This document shows, piece by piece, positions 10,759 to 22,219 of a stretch of DNA of 64,000 nucleotides. Both the position numbers and the translations under genes were made by a program. Source of the stretch: an uncultured bacterium (lineage in GTDB: Bacteria; Patescibacteriota; Minisyncoccia; Phycocordibacterales; CAIZLB01); contig CAIZLB010000006.1 in assembly GCA_903933735.1 (NCBI GenBank), forward strand, positions 3,750-67,749, given 5' to 3'. The notes below the pieces were generated by a model, which was not told the origin of the DNA, searched no databases, and was given only the letters and a program-made list of their open reading frames with translations. Numbering within the stretch: position 1 is the first letter of the stretch; every line of letters begins with the position of its first letter.

Positions 10759-11223
10759 CTATATTAAGATGTAAGTTATGTATAAAGCGAGCCAAAGTAT
10801 AAGGGTGATAATAGATGTGCGTTTCAATTCTTTGTGATGTTTTATAAAACTATCAGATAGATGACTATGTGCCTCTTGATATCTTTCTAGTATTTTGAAT
10901 TGATAATATTTCTGAATAGCAGTGCAAAATAATAATATAGCAGATATAAAAAAAGTAATTACTGAAAATGAGTATACTTTTACACTAAATTCATTTTGAT
11001 TTAGATAAATCAAGCATATATATATTAATTGCATTAAAAAAATAAAAAGAGAGAATATGAAAGAATAAGACAGTATTCTATTCATTATACGTTTTTCTAT
11101 ACCACGTATTTGTTTAGTTTTTTCAACTATTATTATAAAAACATCTATAGTTAAAGATGAAGCTAATCCAAGACATAATACTATATGATGAACTATATAT
11201 AAGAATACGATTGACATAATCAC
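10759..11223 (-). CDS. Membrane protein
   Basis: About 4 hydrophobic segments. Confidence 0.7.
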   Translation of the reverse strand: MIMSIVFLYIVHHIVLCLGLASSLTIDVFIIIVEKTKQIRGIEKRIMNRILSYSFIFSLFIFLMQLIYICLIYLNQNEFSVKVYSFSVITFFISAILLFCTAIQKYYQFKILERYQEAHSHLSDSFIKHHKELKRTSIITLILWLALYITYILI

Positions 11224-11286
11224 AGTATATCAAATAAGACCCCACTGGTCCTGTTGACAAAATCGTCTATCATGATAATATATAAG

Positions 11287-11390
11287 AGTCCAGCCAGTAA
11301 AACCTCTTGAAGTGGGGGAACGGTGTCGGTCTGATGTTTGGTCCCGTACAAACAGGTCCTTCGATACACCCCCGCTTCAAGAGAACTTAG
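11287..11390 (+). ncRNA. Candidate ~100-nt rod-like ncRNA with its own promoter, unidentified family
   Basis: TTGACA (11254) and TGA-TAATAT (11273-11281) upstream; 15-bp stem 11304-11318/11369-11383 plus two inner helices; G-U wobbles work only on + strand; GC-rich in AT-rich context. Confidence 0.6.
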
Positions 11391-12755
11391 CTAGTTCGAC
11401 ACAACCTCGGAACCATCATTGCTATCTAGCACCTGATATCCGAGTTTTTTTATTGCATCTCTTAATTCATCTGATTTTTTAAAATCTTTATTCATTCGGG
11501 CGACATCTCTCTCATTTTTTAATTTTAAAATATCTTCTGGTATGTTTTTGTGTTCCAATAATTTGAGTCCGAGTATTGAGTCTATTTTTTCTACGGTATT
11601 TGTATTTATTTTTTCATCCCTAACAAGATCCCATAGATAGGCTAATAGTTTTGGTGTGTTTAAATCATCTTCAACTATGTCTTTGATTGTAGTATCTATT
11701 TCAGATGTATTTATCTCTTTACTTTTATCTAATATGTCTTTTATACGATTCTTCAATCTATGATAAGCTGTTTGTGAAGCTTCAAGATCTTCTATTTCGA
11801 AAAATATTGATTGTTTGTATCGTGTCTGAAGTAAAAAATATCTATAGGAAAGTGGGCTAATGTTTTGTTTTTCAAGGTCTGATATGGTTACAAAATCACC
11901 ATCTGATTTACTCATTTTTCTATCTTTCCAGTTTAGATGGCCACCATGCATCCATATATTTGCAAGGGGAACATGATTTGCACATTCGCTTTGTGCTATC
12001 TCGTTATTATGGTGAACCGGTATATGATCTATACCACCTGTGTGTATGTCAAAAGTTTTACCTAAATATTTTTGGCTCATGGCAGAACATTCTATATGCC
12101 AGCCTGGAAAACCTATACCCCAAGGTGAAGACCATTCTTGTTGACGTTTTTCATCTGGACTTGAGAATTTCCATAAAGCAAAGTCATAGGGTGTATGTTT
12201 TTCATCATTGAACTCAACCCTATTTCCAGCTTGTAAGCCTTTTAGGTCTATATTTCCAAGTTTTCCATAATCTTTGAATGTTGATACATCAAAATATATT
12301 CCATCAGAGGTTCTGTAAGTATGATTTTCTTCTTCAAGTTTTTTTATGATATCGATCTGTTCGGGTATATTATCAGTTGCACGAGGGAATATGGTGTCAG
12401 CTGTTATTATATTTAGCTTTTGTAAATCGTCTAAAAATATCTTTGTATAAAAATCGGTAACCTCTTTGGCTGTTTGATTATTTTCTCTAGCTGACTTTTC
12501 GACCTTGTCTTCACCCTCATTGTTGTCCGATACTAGATGTCCTACATCTGTTATGTTTATAACCTGCTTAACTTTATAGCCCTCAAACTCGAAAGTACGA
12601 CGAAGTATATCTGCAAAAAGAAAAGTTCTCATGTTGCCTATATGTTGATATTTGTAAACAGTGGGGCCACAATGATACATAGAGACCTCTTTGTCTTTGA
12701 TTGTTTTAATCTCCTCAGTATTTTGACTCATTGTGTTATGTAGTTTTATAGCCAT
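11391..12755 (-). CDS. cysS: Cysteine--tRNA ligase
   Basis: [25 protein letters not shown] motifs. Confidence 0.97.
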   Translation of the reverse strand: MAIKLHNTMSQNTEEIKTIKDKEVSMYHCGPTVYKYQHIGNMRTFLFADILRRTFEFEGYKVKQVINITDVGHLVSDNNEGEDKVEKSARENNQTAKEVTDFYTKIFLDDLQKLNIITADTIFPRATDNIPEQIDIIKKLEEENHTYRTSDGIYFDVSTFKDYGKLGNIDLKGLQAGNRVEFNDEKHTPYDFALWKFSSPDEKRQQEWSSPWGIGFPGWHIECSAMSQKYLGKTFDIHTGGIDHIPVHHNNEIAQSECANHVPLANIWMHGGHLNWKDRKMSKSDGDFVTISDLEKQNISPLSYRYFLLQTRYKQSIFFEIEDLEASQTAYHRLKNRIKDILDKSKEINTSEIDTTIKDIVEDDLNTPKLLAYLWDLVRDEKINTNTVEKIDSILGLKLLEHKNIPEDILKLKNERDVARMNKDFKKSDELRDAIKKLGYQVLDSNDGSEVVSN

Positions 12756-12810
12756 TTTCTGATTATAACTTATTTACTATTTTTATGTAATATGTATATA
12801 ATTAGATATC

Positions 12811-13692
12811 ATGATAAATATAATAAAACTGTTAACAGATTCGTTTGAATCTTACAAAAAAAACTTTAGAAATATAATACTAATGGCCTTGCCAATATTT
12901 ATAATATCTAGTATCGGAGCTTATTACTCTGTGGCGATGAAGACTGTTCAAAAAAGTGGAGATTTTGCAAATATCAATATATATTATTTTATAATAGCTA
13001 TTGTTATTTATTTGATAGCCATGCTATTTGTTGGCCTTTTCTTTGTCCCTGCTTTTAACAGAGCTATACAGAAGAATGAAGATGATAAAAATTTTGATGT
13101 TAAGTCGGCATATAATTTTCAAAAAAGAAATATATGGAAATGGATAAAGGTTAATCTTTGGGGTTTGGTTTATGGTGCATGGAGATTATTACCGTATATG
13201 GTCGTGTCAGCATTATTGATAACTTCTGTTATTTTATTAAATGTATCAAAACCTGAGAGTGATGTTATTGTGATTATATTTGCTATAATTGCATCAATAA
13301 TAATGATTGTAGGTATGGTATTAAATATTACCCGGTTTGTATTTTATAAGAATGTTTTCTTTGCAAAAGATCACATGAAAGCCAAAAATACTGTAATCGA
13401 ATCTATGACCTTAGGTAAGACCAAAAACCTAGAGATTTGGAAAGTCATAGTTTCTATTCTGTTATTTTCTCTGATGATGTTTGTTTTGTCTATAATCCTT
13501 TCGGCGATTGCTGCATTCATTATATTTAGTTTCGGAAGTAAAAATTTCTCTATAATAGATATTATAATATCACCAATGATATCAGCTTTTATGGCAATAC
13601 CTGTAACTTTAATTATAATAGCTAAGGGATATAATAAGATTAGAGGGCATCATCATGTTGTGGAGCATGCTGAAGTTATTGTAGAAAATTAA
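12811..13692 (+). CDS. Multi-pass membrane protein
   Basis: About 6 TM segments. Confidence 0.75.
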   Translation: MINIIKLLTDSFESYKKNFRNIILMALPIFIISSIGAYYSVAMKTVQKSGDFANINIYYFIIAIVIYLIAMLFVGLFFVPAFNRAIQKNEDDKNFDVKSAYNFQKRNIWKWIKVNLWGLVYGAWRLLPYMVVSALLITSVILLNVSKPESDVIVIIFAIIASIIMIVGMVLNITRFVFYKNVFFAKDHMKAKNTVIESMTLGKTKNLEIWKVIVSILLFSLMMFVLSIILSAIAAFIIFSFGSKNFSIIDIIISPMISAFMAIPVTLIIIAKGYNKIRGHHHVVEHAEVIVEN

Positions 13693-13798
13693 TTTATTAT
13701 AATAAAAAACATAGATTTATTTTTACATCTATGTTTTTTTGATAATTAATCAATAGGCTTTACACATAAGTATATTTTTATTATTATTAGGATTAATC

Positions 13799-16700
13799 AT
13801 GAATTATAAAATTTATTTCGCAATATTATCAATCTTCTTATTTTTCTTATCGATAAAAGCAAATGCTGCAACTGGTGAAGTCCAATTTAGCGTAGCTTCT
13901 CAATATCAATTTGGTAGTACCAATGATCTAACTAACAATTCAACGAATAGATATTATCCAAACGTTTTCGATGGTAATTTTTTTACTTTTGTTGATTCAT
14001 CAAATGCAAGTGGAGGTTATGCTGGTTTAGATCTTGGATCTGCGACTAGAGTAACCAAACTTAGAATCGTACCTAGAATCGGTGAAGCTTGGCGTGTGGC
14101 GGGTATGAAGTTACAAGGTACAAATATCAGTACATCTACTGCTACTTGGACTGATATATATACAATCCCCACACCAGTTTCTAAGCACTATACAGAACGT
14201 CAATATAATGAGTTTCCTATAGACACTGGAGGTGCAAGTTATAGATATTATAGGCTTAATTCTGCGGCAAACACTTATGAAAATATCGCAGAATATCGTC
14301 TAATAGGTAATGCCTCAACTACGACAAATTATCAACCTGTTGCCCCTATAATGAGTCCTATGGGGGGACGTTTTGATAAACCTATAAATGTCAGAATCAG
14401 TAGTTTGACGACAGATGCTACATTGTATTATACAACTGATGGGTCAATACCATCTGTTATAGCGGGGGTGCCACAGGGTACAACTTTGCAATATACGACC
14501 CCTTTTGTGATTTCGAATACTAATTCCACAACAACCATTAGATCTATAGCTGTACTTGATGGTAATAATGTGTCTGATACTTCAGATTCAGCTCAATTTA
14601 TAATCGATAAATCATTTAGACCAGGTCAAGATTGGTTCGATAATAATGGTAAACTGATAGAGTCACATGGCGGGGAAATAAAATATTTTAATGGAAAATA
14701 TTATTGGTATGGTACATCTTTTAATATTGCACCATCTGAGAACGTATCACCAAGTGCTGCTAACAGTGTTGGTGTCGTTACAACTTATTCATCACCTGAT
14801 CTAGTCAATTGGACTGATGAAGGTCAGGCTTTCTATGTAAGAGGGGTTAGGATGATTGGTACACACATATTATATAATCAAAATACATCCACTTATGTAT
14901 TATGGGGTCATAATGTGTTATCAAACCATCGTGCTGTTGTTGCTACATCTTCGTCACCTACGGGACCATTTACATTGGCGACAAGCACATTGAATCCAGA
15001 CGCAGGAGTTAATTTTGTAGATTTTAACCTATTTCAGGATACTGATGGAACAGGTTATGTGATCTATAACGTGACCTCAAATGCTATGATTATATCCAAA
15101 CTGGCACCTGATTATTTGTCTACACTTGGTGTTGGTAATTATGTTACAGCTTATACAGGATCAGCAAACAAAGTTGGTCAAGCTATGTTTAAAAAAGATA
15201 ATGTCTATTTCTTGATGAGTACAAGTCATAATACTTGGGGTACAACAACACCACAATATGCAACCTCGACTTCACCCCTTGGGACATGGTCTACGGCAGT
15301 TAATCCATTTCAACCTAGTGGATCAGCTGATTATACTACAGGTTATTTTTCTCAATCCACACATATTATTCAAATACCCGGAAGAACTAATGCTTTTATG
15401 TATATGGGTGATAGATATGACAATTCTAATTTATCAGGAAATGCCACAAACACTTCCTCTCTATATAATAGTAGACATGTACTCTTACCTATAACATTTC
15501 CAACACCTAGTTCTATGTCTATATCTTATTCTCCAACATGGACATTGGACGGTGCTTTTGTATCTACTAATCCTCCGACAGCTCCGTCTGGTCTTGCAGC
15601 GACAAAAGTTGGTCAAACCGTAAGTCTATCTTGGGCAAATAATGAAGCTAATTCATTTTCTATATTCTTAGACAGGGCTACTGACTCTTCATTTACTCAA
15701 AATGTTGTTTCTGAAGTATTGACTTCAACTACTACAAGTTTTGTTGATTCTTCAGTTGTTGATGGGACAGTATATTATTTTAGAATTAGAATATCAAACG
15801 GGTCCGGCACAACTAATTCCAGCACGGTATCATTTTCTCTAACAGCTGATACTAATCCACCTTCGGTGACTTTAATTTCACCTATAAATGATGCAACTTT
15901 ATCTGGTACAACCACTTTATCTGCAACTTCAACTGATGATATGGGAGTTGCTTCTATTAAATTTTTGATCGACGGTATTCAAACTGGAACTACAAGTACA
16001 ACTTCTCCATATTCTATAGTTTGGGATAGTTCAAGTGTTGAAAATGGTACACATACGGTTGCAGTAGTGGCTATAGATACATCTGGCAATCCGGCTACCT
16101 CAACTGTCTCTGTGACTGTTTCAAATATACAATCACCTTCGATATCTATTCCCACAATGTCTGTGCAGCCAGCATCATCTATTACTACAACAAGTGCTAC
16201 ATTGAATGGAAATATTGTATCTATAAATAATGCTTCATCGACAATGAGAGGTTTTAATTACGGCACTACCACATCTTATGGTTTATCCACCTCTACCAAT
16301 GGTACATATGATACTGGTTCATATTCACAAAGTATAAATGGTTTATTGTGTGCCACAACGTATCATTATCAATCATTTTCAATTAACTCTGCAGGTACTG
16401 GAACATCTACAGATCAGACTTTCACAACTTCAGCCTGTCCTATGTCTAGTATCTCTATCAGTCCTTCAAGTATTATGCAAAATGCAACAAGTACATCTGT
16501 TACAGTTATTGGAGTAAATACTAGCTGGACTGCAGGTACTCCTGGAACACCAACTTTTTCCTTAACTGGTGGTAATAGTGCAAGTATTGTTTCTCAAATC
16601 ATTAGCGGTAGTACTTCGGCTATATTAAATATTAATTCTGGAAGTGCGACCGGTACTTTGATAATCACTGATCCGTCATCAAATTCAACAACTTCTGTAT

Positions 16701-19700
16701 CTGTGATATCTGCTGCTTCAGCGTCTACATTGACCACTGATGTTGCCACATCGGTGACCGCTTCAAGTGTTACATTGAATGGAACAATAACCTCAACAGG
16801 AAGTGCGTCTCCAACCACAAGAGGTTTTCAATACGGCGGATCTATATATTACGGTGCAACCACCACAGAATCAGGAGTGTTTTCTACAGGTGCATTTAGT
16901 GTGTCACTTACAGGAATAGGTTGTAGTTCTACTTATCATTTTAGAGCCTATGCTTCTAGTACAGACGGTTTTACTTATGGAGCAGATAGGACTTTTACAA
17001 CTTCCGCTTGTGGAAATGCTAATGCTACAGGTGAAATACAATTCAGTGTGGGTGGATCTTATGGTTATGGTATAACAGGGGATAATGGATATTTAAATCA
17101 GGGTAATAGATATTACAAGGCTTATGACGGTGATTTTACAACTTATTGGGATTCAAATGCTACAAACCCTTGGATGGCCTTGGATTTGACTACTTTAGGT
17201 AGAGCAACTAGAATAAAGATTGCACCAGCATTGGGTTCAACTGCGAGAATTGCAGGATCGATATTGCAAGGTGCAACAGTTAATCCTCAATCTGGACCGT
17301 GGACAAATATTTACACTATTCCAACAGGATATTATCCTCAAAGACAATTTACAGAGTTACCAGTAGATACAGGTGGTGCTAGTTATCGATATTATAGAAT
17401 ATATACACCGTCAGGACTTGGTGGTAATATCTCTGAATTCAGAGTGATTGGATTGCCAGGTAATACAACTCCATATCAACCCGTAACACCTGTTATCGGA
17501 CCTATGGGTGGCCATTTTCCTACGCCAATAAAAGTTAGGATAAGCAGTCTAACAACCAGTGCTTCTGTATATTATACAACAGATGGTACAGACCCTACAT
17601 TTTCAGCAGGATCACCTCATGGAACAACCCAGCTGTATACTGCACCTATATTGGTTAATTCTACCACTACGATTAAATCAATAGCAGTTAGTGAAGGTCA
17701 ATTTGTATCCGACGTATCTGACCCCGCAAGGTTTTTTATAGGTACACAATTTGTTCCTGGTAGTGATTGGTATGATACAACAGGTCATCTTATAGAATCA
17801 CATAGTGGTGAGGTTAAGTTTTTTAATGGAAAATATTATTGGTATGGACAGATTCAGAATACTTATATGCCAGAATGGGAGAGGGTTGGTGTATCATGTT
17901 ATTCATCGACTGATTTGGTCAATTGGAAAGATGAAGGACCGGTTTTATATCTTGCAACTACGACATCGCCTATATCAAGTAATGCTATAATAGTAGAGAG
18001 ACCACATGTTATCTATAATTCAAGTACTGGTAAATATGTCCTATGGGGTCATAATTGGGTAGGGGGAACAGGTTCTGGTTCAATGGCTTTGATTGCACAA
18101 AGTAATTTACCATACGGGCCTTTTACAATTGTCACACAAGCCTATGATCCAAATGGATATGGTTTAAATGATATGAACCTATTTAAGGATGATGATGGTA
18201 CAGCTTATGTGATATATTCATCAGCGACTGACAGTAATGGACATTTCTTTATATCAAAACTCTCATCTGATTATTTGACCACACTGTCCGGTCAATATGT
18301 AAATCCTCCAACACTTATGGGTGCCAATAAACGCGAAGCACCAGCTATGGTAAAAAGAAACGGGGTATATTTCTTGTTGGGTTCAGGTGTTACAGGTTGG
18401 GGTATCAATGAAAACAAATATGCTACTTCGAGCTCACCTCTTGGAACTTGGTCATCTCTTGTAAATGAATTTCAGCCAAGTGTTTTGGAGGATTATACTT
18501 TAGCCTATCGTTCTCAAGGAACAAACGTGATTACAATTCCAGGTAGAACAGAGGGGTATATTTATATGGGTGACAGATTTGATCCAGGATTATCGGCAGG
18601 TGGAGCGGCTAATCAAAACTGGGGAGCTCTATTACTTTACGGTACTCGTCACGTGTGGCTCCCTGTAACTTTTCCAACCGACAATACAATGTCCATATCT
18701 TATTCACCTTCATGGACATTGGATGATGCCTTCGTAACAAGTCAGGGTCCTCAAGCGGCAACTGGATTTACGGCCATCAAATCTGGATTATCTAGTAGTC
18801 TGGCTTGGACAAATAATGAGATAAATGGATATACACTCTATGTTGATCGTGCTACAGATAGTAATTTTACTCAGAATATGTTTTCAGACTTAATTAATTC
18901 AAGTAATACAACTTATAATGATCCATATGTATCTTATGGTACAACATACTTTTATCGTCTGAGAACCGTTACTGCTGCAGGAACATCATTTTCAGAAACA
19001 AAGAGTATAGATTTTGGGTCGGCGCCAGATGTCACTGTACCTACAGTTTCAATACTGAGTCCAACTGTATCTGCAACTATTAGCGGTACTTCAACTGTGA
19101 TAACCGCAAGTTCATCTGATAATATTGGTATAACATCAGTACAATTTTATATAGATGCAACATCAACTGATGCTATGGGTACGACAACTCAATATTCCAT
19201 TGTTTGGGACTCTACTACCGTTGCTGATGGTGCACATATTATATCGGTTGTCGTATCTGATGCTGCTGGAAATACTGCTAGTTCAAGTGTTAACATCAAT
19301 GTGTCTAATACAGTAAATAGGCCAACCATATCTTCCGTTCATATATCATCTTCAAATAGTTATTCTGGTTATGCTAAAACAGATGATGTTATTACTTTGA
19401 CTTTCATTTCAGATCAAAATCTGATTAATAATCCTATTGTAACAATCGCAGGTCATGCTGTAACAGCGACTTCAACAGGTGTTTCAAATAATTATATAGC
19501 TAACTACACAATGCATTCTTCTGATAGCGAAGGTTCAATACCTTTCACTATAGATTTTACTGATACTTTAAGTGTGAACGGGTTTACTGTTTCTTCTACA
19601 AATGATTCTAGTTATATAGTATATGATAAAACCGGCCCTATAATAAATATTGCAGGATTACCTGTTGATAATGAATACTCATCTGTATTTTCTTATTCCT

Positions 19701-20635
19701 ATGCCTCCTCTACTGATACAAGGTCTGGCATAGCTAGTTATTTATGGTCTAAAATATCAGGTTTAGGTAATGTAACTTTTAGTAGTCCAACTTCTGCTAT
19801 AACAAATATATCAGCTGACAATAATGATAATTATGTAGTTAGATTGACTGTGACTGATAGAGTTGGCAACATCTCCACTTCAGATTTTAATTTTACATGG
19901 GTTCCAACAACAGGACTTTCTGTAGTAGATGTCGGTCCTGTTGGCTCAAATGTTTCTACTGCTGATGGTATATCAACGATTACATTTAATAAAAATATAA
20001 CGTTACTTAATTCTGGTAAGATAACTTTAGTTGATAATGTTACCGGTGTATCAAAAAAGACAAATGTATCAGTGGCTAATGGTGATGGTAATTCTGCAAT
20101 ATTGAATATCTCATATAGTGGATTAGAGAGTAATAAAGATTATCGTCTAACTATAAATCAAAATGCAATAAGAGATGATTCTGGTATTACAAACGGAACA
20201 AATATTTATTATTTCCATACAGCTTCATCCAATGCAACCGCAACTCTAGCAGTAACTGGTATAGATGCTATAAAAACATATGCTATATCTGATGGTACTT
20301 ATGCAAATGGGTGGAAATGGGTATTTCATATAACTGTACCTGATGCGGAAAACAGTTTTAGTTTGAGATTTGATAATTGGACAAATGGGTCAAATTCAAT
20401 ATCTGTTGCAAATAATATGAGATATTATTCAACTCAATCATCGAATAAGTCTAATATGAATAATCCTGTAAATATAACAAAGATAGGTTCATATGAGGCT
20501 GATATAATGAATCTTAATTCTGATCTTGATCCTACAAAATCAGGAAGACAGGTAGATGTAACAGTAGAGGTCGCTATACCAGTTGGTTCAGTCGGAGGTT
20601 CTTATTCAACAAGCTATAATATACATACTGAATAA
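13799..20635 (+). CDS. Large secreted surface protein with two discoidin(F5/8)-Fn3assoc-GH43-FN3-Ig modules and Ser/Thr-rich Ig repeats
   Basis: Signal peptide; duplicated IESHxGExKxFNGKYYWYG beta-propeller resembling GH43_24 exo-beta-1,3-galactanases; YYTTDGS/TDG Fn3-assoc; WDSxxVxxGxHx Big domains. Confidence 0.8.
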   Translation: MNYKIYFAILSIFLFFLSIKANAATGEVQFSVASQYQFGSTNDLTNNSTNRYYPNVFDGNFFTFVDSSNASGGYAGLDLGSATRVTKLRIVPRIGEAWRVAGMKLQGTNISTSTATWTDIYTIPTPVSKHYTERQYNEFPIDTGGASYRYYRLNSAANTYENIAEYRLIGNASTTTNYQPVAPIMSPMGGRFDKPINVRISSLTTDATLYYTTDGSIPSVIAGVPQGTTLQYTTPFVISNTNSTTTIRSIAVLDGNNVSDTSDSAQFIIDKSFRPGQDWFDNNGKLIESHGGEIKYFNGKYYWYGTSFNIAPSENVSPSAANSVGVVTTYSSPDLVNWTDEGQAFYVRGVRMIGTHILYNQNTSTYVLWGHNVLSNHRAVVATSSSPTGPFTLATSTLNPDAGVNFVDFNLFQDTDGTGYVIYNVTSNAMIISKLAPDYLSTLGVGNYVTAYTGSANKVGQAMFKKDNVYFLMSTSHNTWGTTTPQYATSTSPLGTWSTAVNPFQPSGSADYTTGYFSQSTHIIQIPGRTNAFMYMGDRYDNSNLSGNATNTSSLYNSRHVLLPITFPTPSSMSISYSPTWTLDGAFVSTNPPTAPSGLAATKVGQTVSLSWANNEANSFSIFLDRATDSSFTQNVVSEVLTSTTTSFVDSSVVDGTVYYFRIRISNGSGTTNSSTVSFSLTADTNPPSVTLISPINDATLSGTTTLSATSTDDMGVASIKFLIDGIQTGTTSTTSPYSIVWDSSSVENGTHTVAVVAIDTSGNPATSTVSVTVSNIQSPSISIPTMSVQPASSITTTSATLNGNIVSINNASSTMRGFNYGTTTSYGLSTSTNGTYDTGSYSQSINGLLCATTYHYQSFSINSAGTGTSTDQTFTTSACPMSSISISPSSIMQNATSTSVTVIGVNTSWTAGTPGTPTFSLTGGNSASIVSQIISGSTSAILNINSGSATGTLIITDPSSNSTTSVSVISAASASTLTTDVATSVTASSVTLNGTITSTGSASPTTRGFQYGGSIYYGATTTESGVFSTGAFSVSLTGIGCSSTYHFRAYASSTDGFTYGADRTFTTSACGNANATGEIQFSVGGSYGYGITGDNGYLNQGNRYYKAYDGDFTTYWDSNATNPWMALDLTTLGRATRIKIAPALGSTARIAGSILQGATVNPQSGPWTNIYTIPTGYYPQRQFTELPVDTGGASYRYYRIYTPSGLGGNISEFRVIGLPGNTTPYQPVTPVIGPMGGHFPTPIKVRISSLTTSASVYYTTDGTDPTFSAGSPHGTTQLYTAPILVNSTTTIKSIAVSEGQFVSDVSDPARFFIGTQFVPGSDWYDTTGHLIESHSGEVKFFNGKYYWYGQIQNTYMPEWERVGVSCYSSTDLVNWKDEGPVLYLATTTSPISSNAIIVERPHVIYNSSTGKYVLWGHNWVGGTGSGSMALIAQSNLPYGPFTIVTQAYDPNGYGLNDMNLFKDDDGTAYVIYSSATDSNGHFFISKLSSDYLTTLSGQYVNPPTLMGANKREAPAMVKRNGVYFLLGSGVTGWGINENKYATSSSPLGTWSSLVNEFQPSVLEDYTLAYRSQGTNVITIPGRTEGYIYMGDRFDPGLSAGGAANQNWGALLLYGTRHVWLPVTFPTDNTMSISYSPSWTLDDAFVTSQGPQAATGFTAIKSGLSSSLAWTNNEINGYTLYVDRATDSNFTQNMFSDLINSSNTTYNDPYVSYGTTYFYRLRTVTAAGTSFSETKSIDFGSAPDVTVPTVSILSPTVSATISGTSTVITASSSDNIGITSVQFYIDATSTDAMGTTTQYSIVWDSTTVADGAHIISVVVSDAAGNTASSSVNINVSNTVNRPTISSVHISSSNSYSGYAKTDDVITLTFISDQNLINNPIVTIAGHAVTATSTGVSNNYIANYTMHSSDSEGSIPFTIDFTDTLSVNGFTVSSTNDSSYIVYDKTGPIINIAGLPVDNEYSSVFSYSYASSTDTRSGIASYLWSKISGLGNVTFSSPTSAITNISADNNDNYVVRLTVTDRVGNISTSDFNFTWVPTTGLSVVDVGPVGSNVSTADGISTITFNKNITLLNSGKITLVDNVTGVSKKTNVSVANGDGNSAILNISYSGLESNKDYRLTINQNAIRDDSGITNGTNIYYFHTASSNATATLAVTGIDAIKTYAISDGTYANGWKWVFHITVPDAENSFSLRFDNWTNGSNSISVANNMRYYSTQSSNKSNMNNPVNITKIGSYEADIMNLNSDLDPTKSGRQVDVTVEVAIPVGSVGGSYSTSYNIHTE

Positions 20636-20639
20636 AATT

Positions 20640-21437
20640 ATGAATCTATACTATAAAAACAAAATATTAATTATTGTAATTTTAATATTTGTATCAATTA
20701 CAAATGTTAAGGCTTCGGATATATCTGGTACTATAAGTACTAATAATACCTTGAGTACAGGTTTGAGCGGGACAGTTGCTGACAGTGTTCCTACGTCAAG
20801 TGGTGGTTCGGGTGGTAGTAATTCCGGCAGTGCAGGTGGATTTATAGGTGTGCCAACAACAGCAACAACAACTGTTACAGTCACTCCTAATAAAATAATA
20901 GATATGAGTATACCTGTATTTTCTAAACAATTAAAAGTTGGTAGTGTTGGAATAGATGTTAAAAATTTACAAATATATTTAAATACTCATGGATATATTA
21001 TCGCTAAAAAAGGTCCCGGATCTGTAGGCAATGAGACAAATACTTTTGGTAGTTTAACTAAAGTCATGCTTACAAAATTCCAAAAAGATAAGGGGATAAA
21101 ACAGACAGGAGTTTTGGATGCTGAGACAATAAAAGTTATATCTAATACAAATGCAACAAGTACTATGGCTGTTGTTAATAATAATGTAAAAGTAAATTCA
21201 TTTACTAGAGATATGGGCACGGGAGACACAGGCTTGGATGTTAAGAGACTACAAATATATTTAAATTCTAACGGATATATTATTGCAAATTCAGGAGCTG
21301 GTTCTAAGGGAAATGAAACTGAAAAATTTGGCAGTGCGACTAAAAAAGCTGTAATAAAATTCCAGAAAGATCATGACTTACCGGCTACAGGTTTTTTTGG
21401 TCCTAAGACTAGAAAATTTATTGAAACAATGAAATAA
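20640..21437 (+). CDS. Secreted protein with two peptidoglycan-binding domains
   Basis: Two L..G..G.DVK.LQ.YLN..G...G..T...KFQ...G repeats after a G/S linker. Confidence 0.85.
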   Translation: MNLYYKNKILIIVILIFVSITNVKASDISGTISTNNTLSTGLSGTVADSVPTSSGGSGGSNSGSAGGFIGVPTTATTTVTVTPNKIIDMSIPVFSKQLKVGSVGIDVKNLQIYLNTHGYIIAKKGPGSVGNETNTFGSLTKVMLTKFQKDKGIKQTGVLDAETIKVISNTNATSTMAVVNNNVKVNSFTRDMGTGDTGLDVKRLQIYLNSNGYIIANSGAGSKGNETEKFGSATKKAVIKFQKDHDLPATGFFGPKTRKFIETMK

Positions 21438-21508
21438 ATAATATAAAAAAATCGGTGGTCTGAACGCGTTTGCGCAGACCACCGAAGTGGAAACGGGAAT
21501 TTCACCCG

Positions 21509-22219
21509 TTAGAATTTCAGACTTGTACCCAGTCCTAGCACGAATCGCTCCTTGCGAGCATCATCGGTCCAGAGAGGGACACAGCCGGCAATAGAGAGGC
21601 TGACACTCAGACCATCGCTGACTTTGTAGTTGAGCCCTGTTGAGATGCTGGGAATGACCCCGCTATCATTACCGAACCCCCCATCGTCATAAATGAGCTT
21701 AAGCGTCACAGGAACCGACCATTTGTCCGTGACTTTGAATGTCTTGTTTGCCATTGGGCCAACGAGCCATCCGCCTTCGCTCCCGTCGATCGGGAGATAG
21801 ACGCCGATCTTTAAGCCGATGTCCCACCCGAAGAATTCGTGAGAGATGACCATCTTTGGATACCAGATGTCGGGGAAGTTTGCTTCCGGCTCGTAGAAAT
21901 AGATCAGAGCTATGTTCATCTTGAATCCGTAACCGATATCACCAGACCATCCAAGACTGGGATCGATCTCGTCGCCGAGGTCATTACCCCAGCTTGATTC
22001 CGGTGAGGTCGAGAACCATAGGGATGCATAGATCCCATTCTGGAACGTCGCCGTGATGTCACCTTGGATGACAGGTTCGTCGTGGAACAGCCCGGCATTG
22101 TCCATCAGGACGTAGGAGCTTTTCCAGTCGAGGTTGGTTGTGAAGTTTTGAGCTTGCGAGTTACCCATGAAAGCGATAAGGATCGCGACCATGGCCAATA
22201 GTTTGCTGATGATGTTCAT
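21509..22219 (-). CDS. Outer-membrane beta-barrel-like protein (TorF-like putative porin)
   Basis: Signal peptide, P.IQG...NGIYASLW.S...EID pattern, alternating beta strands, C-terminal Phe; GC visibly higher than flanks. Confidence 0.6.
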   Translation of the reverse strand: MNIISKLLAMVAILIAFMGNSQAQNFTTNLDWKSSYVLMDNAGLFHDEPVIQGDITATFQNGIYASLWFSTSPESSWGNDLGDEIDPSLGWSGDIGYGFKMNIALIYFYEPEANFPDIWYPKMVISHEFFGWDIGLKIGVYLPIDGSEGGWLVGPMANKTFKVTDKWSVPVTLKLIYDDGGFGNDSGVIPSISTGLNYKVSDGLSVSLSIAGCVPLWTDDARKERFVLGLGTSLKF

